Of a stretch of 26,305 nt of DNA, positions 17,542-25,241 are shown one piece after another. The DNA is taken from IMG/VR virus record IMGVR_UViG_3300031683_000030, positions 1-26,305 of that record; one strand, 5' to 3'. Position numbers and translations under genes: made by a program. This DNA is from a virus (lineage: Duplodnaviria > Caudoviricetes). The notes under the pieces are model-generated. The model saw only the letters and a list, made by a program, of their open reading frames with translations. It made no database searches and was not told the origin of the DNA. The number at the start of each line of letters is the position of its first letter. Position 1 is the first letter of the stretch.

Positions 17542-17786
17542 TTCTTATTCCTTAGATTTTTAATTCCCCTATTGAAGCGCTCTGGGTCTCTGTTTTTGAT
17601 ACTAAGCATGATACGTTTTTGTACATCTTGTGCGTCTTCATGACTGTATGTAGAGTCGACCATTTCCAAAATGTTAATTATAGCACTAATTGCATTAGTA
17701 CCACGTGACTCTAGAATATTAATCTTGTCCTTTGCAGGCGTTAAACTGTTGATTTCTTCTAATAAGCTACGTGTGCGTTTAATCAT
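17538..17786 (-). CDS. Hypothetical protein (first gene of a late operon)
   Basis: GGAG Shine-Dalgarno; ATGA overlap with the nucleotidyltransferase. Confidence 0.75.
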   Translation of the reverse strand: MIKRTRSLLEEINSLTPAKDKINILESRGTNAISAIINILEMVDSTYSHEDAQDVQKRIMLSIKNRDPERFNRGIKNLRNKK

Positions 17787-17811
17787 TAAGTTGCTCCATT
17801 GGCATTACTTG

Positions 17812-17818
17812 TATTTAT
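17812..17818 (-). promoter_or_regulatory. T4-late-like promoter box
   Basis: GATAAATAC in the 44-nt gap after the helicase gene. Confidence 0.65.
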
Positions 17819-17830
17819 CTAAAAAATTTA

Positions 17831-19240
17831 TTATTTGTTTACTTTCTTTAACATGCTACGTAACCTGTCTGTTGCATCAGTATCTTCGATTATACTTTCC
17901 TCTGCAACTGATTTTTCTTGATGTGTTACGTTGTTATTTCGCTTAATTCTGTCTAGCATTGCACTAGGTTGATGCATTGTTGTTCCTGCTTCGTCTTCTG
18001 GTAAGTCAGTGATACGTAAACCTGCAATATCAAATGCAAGATCAACCTTTTGACCAACACCTGCACTACTACGTGTTTTCATAAACTGTACTTGATAACG
18101 TCCGCGTTCGCGCATTGCTTGACTTGTAAAAATACCAATAACATTGTCTGCTGTTTGAATCTTACTAAGTCCACCTGATATATGGCTGTGATCAAATTCT
18201 ACTTCTTCTACTGCACTACGGTTCAGCTGTGATGCTGTACAAAACAGTAAATCATGCTCTACTGCAAAGTTACGCAATTCCTCTGATACAAACTTATCCT
18301 TGATAAACAAGTCACTTGGTGGTACTTTACGCTGTGCTGGCATCATTAAGTCTAAATAGTCAACACATAGTGCATCAATTTTAATATTGTTCTTAACTTC
18401 GAACTCTTTAATGTAACTGTTCAAGTCGTTTACTGTAATACCGTTTGGTAATTGTACAATTTGTAGACAACCTGCGTTTTTACCTTGCATTCCCACTTTT
18501 AAACTAACATCATCTACATTTTGGAATACTTCCTTTGTATTATAACCTGTGAGCATACTATCAAGTCGTAAACTACTTAATTCTTCACTAAGCTCTAAAC
18601 TTACATAAACAACATTGTGTCCTGCAAGTGACCAATTTAATGCTAAGTTCTGTAAAAACAAACTCTTGCCGCCACCAGATGCCGCTGCGAATATATTAAG
18701 TTCGCCTCTGTTAAATCCACCGTATAGTTTCTTGTCAATGTCAGTCCAGCCTGTGCTTGTGCCGCCACGCGAATTACGAACACGCTCAATTCGTTCTGCT
18801 GGCGATTCCCAATAGTTTGTACCCATGTGTTTTGCTAGTCCAATCTGAACTGCATCTTTGATCATCTTTTCAACTGCGCCAAATTCGCCCTTTTCAAGTT
18901 TATCTGTGCTTGCTAGAATTGCGCCTTCTAATGCTTTATGTTTGCAGAATGTTTCAAATTCGTCAACAAACCAATCATCATGTCTAGAGTCTACGCTTGC
19001 AAGATTTTGCAGTTCCATTCCAGTAGTAGCTTTAATTTGCTCCACTGTAGGCAATGCACCATATTTGTTTGCATGTTCTTGTATAAATTCAACAGGCTTT
19101 CTTAATGATCTTTCAAAAAATGCAGGATCACATATGCCGTTGACGCGTACAAACAAGTCCTGATCGTGTGCTAAAAATTCAACGAATAGTTTTTGTAATT
19201 CAAGTGTGTATTCCTTTACTTCTGTTCTCTCATCATTCAT
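17831..19240 (-). CDS. Replicative DnaB-family helicase (T4 gp41-like)
   Basis: Walker A AASGGGKS, SLELSE, Walker B CVDYLDLM, TASQLNR, MKTR. Confidence 0.93.
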   Translation of the reverse strand: MNDERTEVKEYTLELQKLFVEFLAHDQDLFVRVNGICDPAFFERSLRKPVEFIQEHANKYGALPTVEQIKATTGMELQNLASVDSRHDDWFVDEFETFCKHKALEGAILASTDKLEKGEFGAVEKMIKDAVQIGLAKHMGTNYWESPAERIERVRNSRGGTSTGWTDIDKKLYGGFNRGELNIFAAASGGGKSLFLQNLALNWSLAGHNVVYVSLELSEELSSLRLDSMLTGYNTKEVFQNVDDVSLKVGMQGKNAGCLQIVQLPNGITVNDLNSYIKEFEVKNNIKIDALCVDYLDLMMPAQRKVPPSDLFIKDKFVSEELRNFAVEHDLLFCTASQLNRSAVEEVEFDHSHISGGLSKIQTADNVIGIFTSQAMRERGRYQVQFMKTRSSAGVGQKVDLAFDIAGLRITDLPEDEAGTTMHQPSAMLDRIKRNNNVTHQEKSVAEESIIEDTDATDRLRSMLKKVNK

Positions 19241-20247
19241 TTACAATATTTCCTTGCTAATACCTGTATTTTTGTAGGGTTACTTACTGCACTATCTAAT
19301 ATACTACGCACTGTAAACAACCTCCCATATTTAAGTTGTGCATCGCCTGCGTCATTGCAATTTTCCCATTCCGGAAACGATACACTCCATCCGTGTTTAA
19401 TTGCTGCCTTTACCATTTCCATGCCTGCAATGTCTTTGTCTGGTAACACAACAATTCTTTTGTTTAATCCTATGATAACATCTGCTTGTTCTTCACTAAG
19501 AGTGTTAGTTCCTGCACTTATTCCATCCACAATTATAGCATCAAGTGGGCCTTCTGTCAAGATAATTGTTTCTTTGTGAGAATGCTGTCTATCCAATCCA
19601 TACACAAAGTTTTTAGGTGGTTGTTTGTTAAAGTACTTAGTCATGCCATCTGGTGGTGTACCTATCCAGCGGCCTGTGTATCCAACAACTTTGTTCTTGT
19701 AGTAAAATGGTATAATGAACCGCTTGTGCATACGCGCTGGTAACTTAGAAGGGCTATACATAAATCTAGGGTCTTCTATGTCAAACCCGCGGCCTTCTAG
19801 GTACTTTGCTGCTGCTATCCAATCATTGTCCGGTACTGCATAATTCATGAATGGAACTGCACCCTCTGGTAGGTCCATTTCTGGCCAATCTATTACTAGT
19901 ATTTTTCTACGTTCCTGCACTAACAGTGTTTCAGAAATATCTTGATCTCGCATGAGTTCTAACTGTAACCGTTGTACTGCTGCTTCGTCGCCGCCAAAAC
20001 CTATTAACAGTTCTTTTAGTCTGTTGTCAATTTTCTTGCCTGGGGCCCAGCCTGATTTATAATGGCAGTTAAAGCAATGGTATTGGAATTTATCTGCTTC
20101 GAAGTGGAATCCGCCGCGACCGCGCGTATCAGCTCGTATTTGTCCGTTACGCGTACACATGGGACAGTTGCCTGAACTCCAACCACTAGGGTTAGATTTC
20201 CAGTTCACCGGAATCAGATTCTTAACGTACTCAATCATCAATGTCAT
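19237..20247 (-). CDS. DNA primase (T4 gp61-like)
   Basis: Zn finger CPMC...HCFNC, YLEGRG, IIPFY..GYTGR, TOPRIM EGPLD and PDKD..G, ND.GD; ATGA-coupled to the helicase. Confidence 0.92.
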   Translation of the reverse strand: MTLMIEYVKNLIPVNWKSNPSGWSSGNCPMCTRNGQIRADTRGRGGFHFEADKFQYHCFNCHYKSGWAPGKKIDNRLKELLIGFGGDEAAVQRLQLELMRDQDISETLLVQERRKILVIDWPEMDLPEGAVPFMNYAVPDNDWIAAAKYLEGRGFDIEDPRFMYSPSKLPARMHKRFIIPFYYKNKVVGYTGRWIGTPPDGMTKYFNKQPPKNFVYGLDRQHSHKETIILTEGPLDAIIVDGISAGTNTLSEEQADVIIGLNKRIVVLPDKDIAGMEMVKAAIKHGWSVSFPEWENCNDAGDAQLKYGRLFTVRSILDSAVSNPTKIQVLARKYCK

Positions 20248-20253
20248 GTGTAT

Positions 20254-20282
20254 ATACTACACTCTAATTATGATTTTGTCAA
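20254..20282 (-). promoter_or_regulatory. sigma70-type promoter, predicted leaderless primase mRNA
   Basis: TTGACA-N17-TAGTAT-N6-ATG, embedded in the 3' end of the upstream gene. Confidence 0.72.
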
Positions 20283-21078
20283 TCGATCCTTGCGTTTGTG
20301 TGAATTTAGTTCTAAGGTATTTAATGTTAGTTCGGAAAGTCCATGGGTCAATTCCACTAAAGTTTGCATACGGATAGAATTCCTCTGTATACGTACCCAA
20401 TGTAATATTAAACCAATCAGCTTCTGTTGGATTGTCTTCTAGTGCGCCTTGTATGTAAAATTGACCTGTGTAATTTGTTGCATACACTGCAATTGTAGAC
20501 ATACCATTTATTTTGTTGAAATAACCAGGTCCTGGTAAGTGACTACTGTAATAAAACCCGTCAGTTGATGTAAATGAATCTGCTGTTGCCGATGTTAATG
20601 GTATTTGATTTATTGCGTCGCTGATTTCAACTGTAAAGTTAGGACGCATGTTTTGGTCACAGAATAATGGTAAATTCATACCCAACGAGTTTACGTATGT
20701 AAACACAAGATCGCAAAACCCTGCTTCCATTGCGTTAATTTCGCCTGCTGTTATTGTAAGCTTAACAGCGCCTTCGTCATAGTCTGTTATTTGACATTTT
20801 TTTGAAACTATCTTTGCCTGAGTTTCTCTATTAACTAAATTTGCAGTAATAGTTAGCCCTTGTAGCATAATAGGCTTACGATCTGTGTTTTTTACGTAAA
20901 AAATAAACTCATTATCTAGTCCGCTAAATAGCTTTAAGAACCTGTAATTAACAGGAGAATTAACAGTAGTACCTCTAGCTGATTTATACTTAGCTAGTCC
21001 AACTTTGTTGCTAGATGCATCAACTGCGTAAAGGTCACCTGTTTGATTGATATTATATGTGGTTGCGTAATTTGACAT
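20257..21078 (-). CDS. Putative virion structural protein (beta-rich, BppU/Ig-like N-terminal domain)
   Basis: Beta-strand pattern ..GAVKLTITAGE...G..DLVF; late box and AGGAG Shine-Dalgarno upstream. Confidence 0.55.
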   Translation of the reverse strand: MSNYATTYNINQTGDLYAVDASSNKVGLAKYKSARGTTVNSPVNYRFLKLFSGLDNEFIFYVKNTDRKPIMLQGLTITANLVNRETQAKIVSKKCQITDYDEGAVKLTITAGEINAMEAGFCDLVFTYVNSLGMNLPLFCDQNMRPNFTVEISDAINQIPLTSATADSFTSTDGFYYSSHLPGPGYFNKINGMSTIAVYATNYTGQFYIQGALEDNPTEADWFNITLGTYTEEFYPYANFSGIDPWTFRTNIKYLRTKFTQTQGSIDKIIIRV

Positions 21079-21101
21079 TGTTAATTGTGCTCCTGTGTAT
21101 G

Positions 21102-21108
21102 TATTTAT
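21102..21108 (-). promoter_or_regulatory. T4-late-like promoter box
   Basis: GCATAAATAC about 23 nt upstream of the ATG at 21078. Confidence 0.65.
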
Positions 21109-21132
21109 GCAAAAACAACTTAAAAAGATTTA

Positions 21133-21140
21133 TATAAATA
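21133..21140 (+). promoter_or_regulatory. Consensus T4 late promoter TATAAATA, divergent from the 21102 box
   Basis: Exact TATAAATA 8 nt before the ATG at 21149. Confidence 0.65.
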
Positions 21141-21148
21141 TAACTATA

Positions 21149-21520
21149 ATGATAACAAAGTATCAAATATTACTAGAAGAATTTCCGTTTTTAACTGTAG
21201 TAGCACATGCAGGAAACGAATATCTTGGAATAATGCAAAATATCGACAATCAGATTGCTAGCTTGTATGTCTATGATCGAATACAAACCGACAATCAGAA
21301 AAAATTGTTTTTAATGCTTGGTGATGAATGGTGGTGGGAAACAAATAGAAAACTTCCCATTAACATTGCATTACTAAATAAATGGCCTTTTAGTTACACA
21401 AGTCAAAGCTTTAACGTAAAGCAAATGGAAGTAGTAGCGGGACCTGAAGTTAGATTAAGCGATAGCATTACAAAAAGAATAAAACGTAGAAATATTAGTC
21501 TTGTGAAGAAAGACCCATAA
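21149..21520 (+). CDS. Hypothetical phage protein, the only convincing plus-strand gene (probable start MITKYQ)
   Basis: Fills a gap with no minus-strand ORF; FPFLT and LGDEWWWETNRKLPINI motifs; late box upstream. Confidence 0.75.
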   Translation: MITKYQILLEEFPFLTVVAHAGNEYLGIMQNIDNQIASLYVYDRIQTDNQKKLFLMLGDEWWWETNRKLPINIALLNKWPFSYTSQSFNVKQMEVVAGPEVRLSDSITKRIKRRNISLVKKDP

Positions 21521-22079
21521 CCAACATATTTAACTGTAAAGAGATTGCCATTGAATAACTAATGGCGTGTGCTTTTTTAAAGTAATATGTGTTGTCTGTG
21601 GGTTTTTCCCATACGCTATTAAAAACCGTATCCCAATCTTTGCCTATTAAATGTCGCTTGGCTGGTCGAATAATTGCTAGCACTGCTGCTAACTGCTGAA
21701 CACTGCTAGGTTTCATCTTACTTACTATGTCAAAATGATTGTGTATATGAAACAAGTTCTCAACTACATCTTTATGTTCTAATAACTCCCACATAGGTTC
21801 TGCTGCAAGCAATGCGTCTAAGTGTTCATAATCTTTTACATCTTTGTATATGTTGACATTCAATATATCTAGTTTAAAATAACCCTGCTGTTCTGCTTCT
21901 TTGTAATCAACAGTTGATAATCCAGTAAATGGATCAGTTGGAATCTCATGAAAGTAAACACCAGTGTTATGTTTCTTTCGTCTGCCTTTATCATTGATCA
22001 TTGCCGGTGTGTGCTGTAGCAAGTTTAAAAGCTTATCTCTGTTTACAACATCTATGTCAATATCAGTATTTACAATCAT
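21495..22079 (-). CDS. Miniature DnaE (Pol III alpha)-like catalytic-core protein
   Basis: DIDID..RD, KHNTGV, GYFKLDIL, LAAVLAIIRP and YYFKKAHAISY align in order with DnaE PDFDVD, KHAGGV, GLVKFDFL, ALVALFRP and GYGFNKSHSAAY. Confidence 0.8.
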   Translation of the reverse strand: MIVNTDIDIDVVNRDKLLNLLQHTPAMINDKGRRKKHNTGVYFHEIPTDPFTGLSTVDYKEAEQQGYFKLDILNVNIYKDVKDYEHLDALLAAEPMWELLEHKDVVENLFHIHNHFDIVSKMKPSSVQQLAAVLAIIRPAKRHLIGKDWDTVFNSVWEKPTDNTYYFKKAHAISYSMAISLQLNMLVMGLSSQD

Positions 22080-22756
22080 AAGTTAGCCTCTTCTAATATA
22101 CCTTCTACCCAATGAAAATCTTCTGTGTTCGTTTTAATAACACGTTGCCAATGTGTTGGTTCTATATAGTCTGATATCATTTGCAATTGTTCGCTTGTAA
22201 GCCTGTCAATTAGCTGTTGTGCTTGCGAACTTGCGTATACTATCCATGGGCTTATCTTACCACTACATATATGAAATACAGCAAGATTTGACGGTACTAG
22301 ACGGAAGTATTCGTTCCAGTTCTCACCTGATTCTTTGCTCCATTCACGCAAGAATATAATAGTACGCTCAATTGCTCTATCTGCACTTTCTGTTTTTAGT
22401 CGTGTCTTAATCCATGCACTAAAGTTCCTATCACTTGTCCAGCGATCAATTCGTATTTGATTCTTTAATAGCCATTTTGTATATTCTGCTACATCATCGA
22501 TTTTTAGATCTAAGCAGTAAATTGCATACTTTACAAATGCAGTGTAATACTGACTTGCTGCAAATTCATCATAGCTTTTTTCGCCTTTGCTGTTTGTGCT
22601 AATTCTGTAAAATAACTGATAAGTCCTAAATGCGAGTTGCACATGCTTCTCTTCTTTGTTCATGTGTCTGCGCTTACGTTCACACAAGTGAACAGCAAGT
22701 GTGTTCTCTCGTTTAAACGATTTATTACAATATCCGCACTTAAAACCTGTTGTCAT
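22076..22756 (-). CDS. Zn-finger protein of unknown function
   Basis: N-terminal FKCGYCNKSFKRENTLAVHLC (C2H2-like, CCHC); ATGA overlaps on both sides. Confidence 0.75.
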   Translation of the reverse strand: MTTGFKCGYCNKSFKRENTLAVHLCERKRRHMNKEEKHVQLAFRTYQLFYRISTNSKGEKSYDEFAASQYYTAFVKYAIYCLDLKIDDVAEYTKWLLKNQIRIDRWTSDRNFSAWIKTRLKTESADRAIERTIIFLREWSKESGENWNEYFRLVPSNLAVFHICSGKISPWIVYASSQAQQLIDRLTSEQLQMISDYIEPTHWQRVIKTNTEDFHWVEGILEEANL

Positions 22757-23211
22757 TTAAGTTTACCAATTAGATCTTTAATTTCTTTATTTTTTAACCC
22801 ATGTTCTTCTAACAATTGCTTTAATTCAGCTTTTGTGCTACTTAACATGATATCAAGTTCATCATCATTTAAATGAGAGTAGTGTTCAGCAAACCAGCTT
22901 TGGAGTTTATTCTTTTTTCCTGCTTTTCCTGGCTGAATCCATGGATGATACACTGTTGACCCAATACCAACTAGTTGCATTAATTGAAACTGTAATTGTG
23001 GATGCTTTCTGATAGTATTGAAATGTACATTGACTGCTTCGTTTGTCCATTCAAGATAATGTTCGGCTTCTTTTCCTTGTACGTTACTTGTATAACGCAT
23101 AAGTAACCAAAGACCTAACTTTTTCTTTTCTTCGTCAGTAAGGCTTTCATACCAAGTTCTATCCTTGACATCAATTGCTCGCATTTCTTCTTTGATGTTT
23201 AACTTACTCAT
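22753..23211 (-). CDS. Clamp-loader small subunit (T4 gp62-like)
   Basis: Size, replication context and the pattern WLLMRYTS..N..HPQLQFQL....YHPWI..K resemble gp62-like proteins. Confidence 0.55.
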   Translation of the reverse strand: MSKLNIKEEMRAIDVKDRTWYESLTDEEKKKLGLWLLMRYTSNVQGKEAEHYLEWTNEAVNVHFNTIRKHPQLQFQLMQLVGIGSTVYHPWIQPGKAGKKNKLQSWFAEHYSHLNDDELDIMLSSTKAELKQLLEEHGLKNKEIKDLIGKLK

Positions 23212-23220
23212 GTTATCTAA

Positions 23221-23721
23221 TTACCACAGTTCATTAAGGTCTAATACTTCTGGCAGTTTGTTTGCATCTTTTACAAATAACACACAAGGTGAATTTGGCT
23301 TATCTGATAATGGTACACATAACAAGTGTCCATACTTTAACTTTGGCGCATACCATTTAACATCACTGTAAATGTTTGTAATTGAAATATCAATATAATC
23401 AGGTTTGAATCCTGTAATTGGATTGAATGCAAATGCAGTAAATCCTCGATCATTGAGACTCATAAGACTCATAATTTCTGGATCACCTACTTCTGCATCA
23501 CAAATAACTATGTGCCAATCCAACGGCATACTAATTGTTGTCTGACCTATCTGCAATATTGCTGCTGGTGCATAAAAGCTCTCTAGAAATACTAATGGAA
23601 TAAAGTAGTAGTCTATGTGTGCTTTGTTTGTATAATCTAATATACCATATCGTAAGTCATCTACTGTTTCTGGAATATCATCTAAGTCGTAAGTCTCATT
23701 TTCTACAGTTAAAATTTTCAT
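23221..23721 (-). CDS. Hypothetical protein, possible catalytically dead Hint-fold
   Basis: Beta-rich pattern paralleling intein blocks without the catalytic residues (see findings). Confidence 0.6.
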   Translation of the reverse strand: MKILTVENETYDLDDIPETVDDLRYGILDYTNKAHIDYYFIPLVFLESFYAPAAILQIGQTTISMPLDWHIVICDAEVGDPEIMSLMSLNDRGFTAFAFNPITGFKPDYIDISITNIYSDVKWYAPKLKYGHLLCVPLSDKPNSPCVLFVKDANKLPEVLDLNELW

Positions 23722-23734
23722 TTAATCTCTCTCA

Positions 23735-25189
23735 TTAGCGCCAAGTAACCTTTTCAATAGTGAATGGATAGTTGGCTTCTTTATAAAATTTCTTACGTTC
23801 AGTAAGATGCTTTTTGCTAAACTTGGCGGTGCTTGTTATATCCCAAATTTGAACAAAGTCCTTGTCTTCCGCTTTACGCACTCCACGACCGATGCTTTGT
23901 ATTACTTTTACAAACGACTTACCAGGTTCAAGTAATATAAGGTTGAATATACGTGGAATGTTAATACCAACAGCAGCTACGCCGTATGTTGCAACTGTAA
24001 TACTATTAGTTGCTTCGTTGATTTCGTCATACGCTTCTTTTCTGTCAGTTGTCTTCATTGCACCTCTTACAAATGTAATGTCTGGAATGTTCTCACTAAT
24101 GATTTCGCCACTTTTAATTCTGTCAACTAGCACAAGTGTATTGCCCGTCTCTGACACAGTTTGAATAAAATTACTAAGATATTTCATACGTGCTGCATCT
24201 GTTGTTAAGTATGCTAGTTCACTCTGATAGTCATTGTACACTGCTACTTCGCGTAACTGACACACATTAACATGGCATTTACTTAATACACCCATTTCTT
24301 GTAATGTACTAGCTGATAGTGAGTTTGTAACTTCGCCTAAGCATGACTGTAATGTTGCTTTTGCGTGATCTTCTTTTGGTATAGTTCCAGTAAGACCCCA
24401 TCGTAATGGAATATGTGCAAATTCTTTAGTAAGCATATCTTTTAATACATCAGCTTTAGCTTGGTGTACTTCGTCAACTATTACGCATACTACATCTTCA
24501 GAAAAGTCCTTTAAACTAAAGTCAGATAACCCGTCGCGGAATCGTTTCTTGATACTGTTTAAACTCTGCCAAGTACAAATTGTGTGTGTCTTACCAAGTT
24601 CTTTTTTATCACCAAAATATACACCAACATCTAATCCAAGATTGACATAATCTGCGTATGTTTGTGTAACAAGATCTTTGTTTGGCACAATGACAATGCT
24701 ACGACCATACTTTTCAACTGTGTTGCTTAGTGCTGCTGTAATAAGTGTCTTGCCTGCGCCTGTTGCAATTTCTTGTAGACACTGTGGTGTTTCTAAATAC
24801 TTGTTCACAATTTCAATTTGGTAGTCACGTAATGTAACTGGTTGTCCTACCATCTGATGCTTTTCTGGCCATACCTTGTGCTGAAAAGTTTCAAGTGTTA
24901 CTTTGTTGAATTCAAACGCGCCATGCTTGCGGTTGTCATCTTCAATGTCAATATGGTATCCTGCTCCCATAATAATAGGAAGTACTTTATCAAGTAAATT
25001 AAGATATGTAACGCCTCCGACACTAAAAAAGCTTACGCACCCATCCCACCTGCCAAGTTTATAAGCTGGTACATGATATGCGTATGGCATGAAAAACTTG
25101 AGTTCTGCTTCACACTTCTTTCGTGTGCTAAGATCAAGTCCTTCAACTTTACAGTTCACTTCGTCTTTAATAATAATTTTACATTTCAT
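23735..25189 (-). CDS. uvsW: SF2 DNA helicase (UvsW-like); probable start MKCKIII at 25189
   Basis: LRDYQ Q motif, ATGAGKT, DEVH, GLTGT, AVGINIP, QSIGRGVR. Confidence 0.88.
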   Translation of the reverse strand: MKCKIIIKDEVNCKVEGLDLSTRKKCEAELKFFMPYAYHVPAYKLGRWDGCVSFFSVGGVTYLNLLDKVLPIIMGAGYHIDIEDDNRKHGAFEFNKVTLETFQHKVWPEKHQMVGQPVTLRDYQIEIVNKYLETPQCLQEIATGAGKTLITAALSNTVEKYGRSIVIVPNKDLVTQTYADYVNLGLDVGVYFGDKKELGKTHTICTWQSLNSIKKRFRDGLSDFSLKDFSEDVVCVIVDEVHQAKADVLKDMLTKEFAHIPLRWGLTGTIPKEDHAKATLQSCLGEVTNSLSASTLQEMGVLSKCHVNVCQLREVAVYNDYQSELAYLTTDAARMKYLSNFIQTVSETGNTLVLVDRIKSGEIISENIPDITFVRGAMKTTDRKEAYDEINEATNSITVATYGVAAVGINIPRIFNLILLEPGKSFVKVIQSIGRGVRKAEDKDFVQIWDITSTAKFSKKHLTERKKFYKEANYPFTIEKVTWR

Positions 25190-25195
25190 AGTATT

Positions 25196-25224
25196 ATAAT
25201 ACAGTACTTTGTTGGTTATGTCAA
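25196..25224 (-). promoter_or_regulatory. sigma70-type promoter, predicted leaderless UvsW mRNA
   Basis: TTGACA-N17-TATTAT-N6-ATG. Confidence 0.75.
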
Positions 25225-25241
25225 TTGATATTTTACATACA

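Noticed and set aside
10133-17802. Shared 10-mer CCAATGGAGC upstream of the genes starting at 10126 and 17786
   Set aside because: It is largely explained by the GGAG Shine-Dalgarno, and two copies are too few to call a motif.
21095-21148. GTG start at 21095 for the plus-strand gene
   Set aside because: It lies upstream of the TATAAATA box and spans the divergent promoter region; the ATG at 21149 is more plausible.
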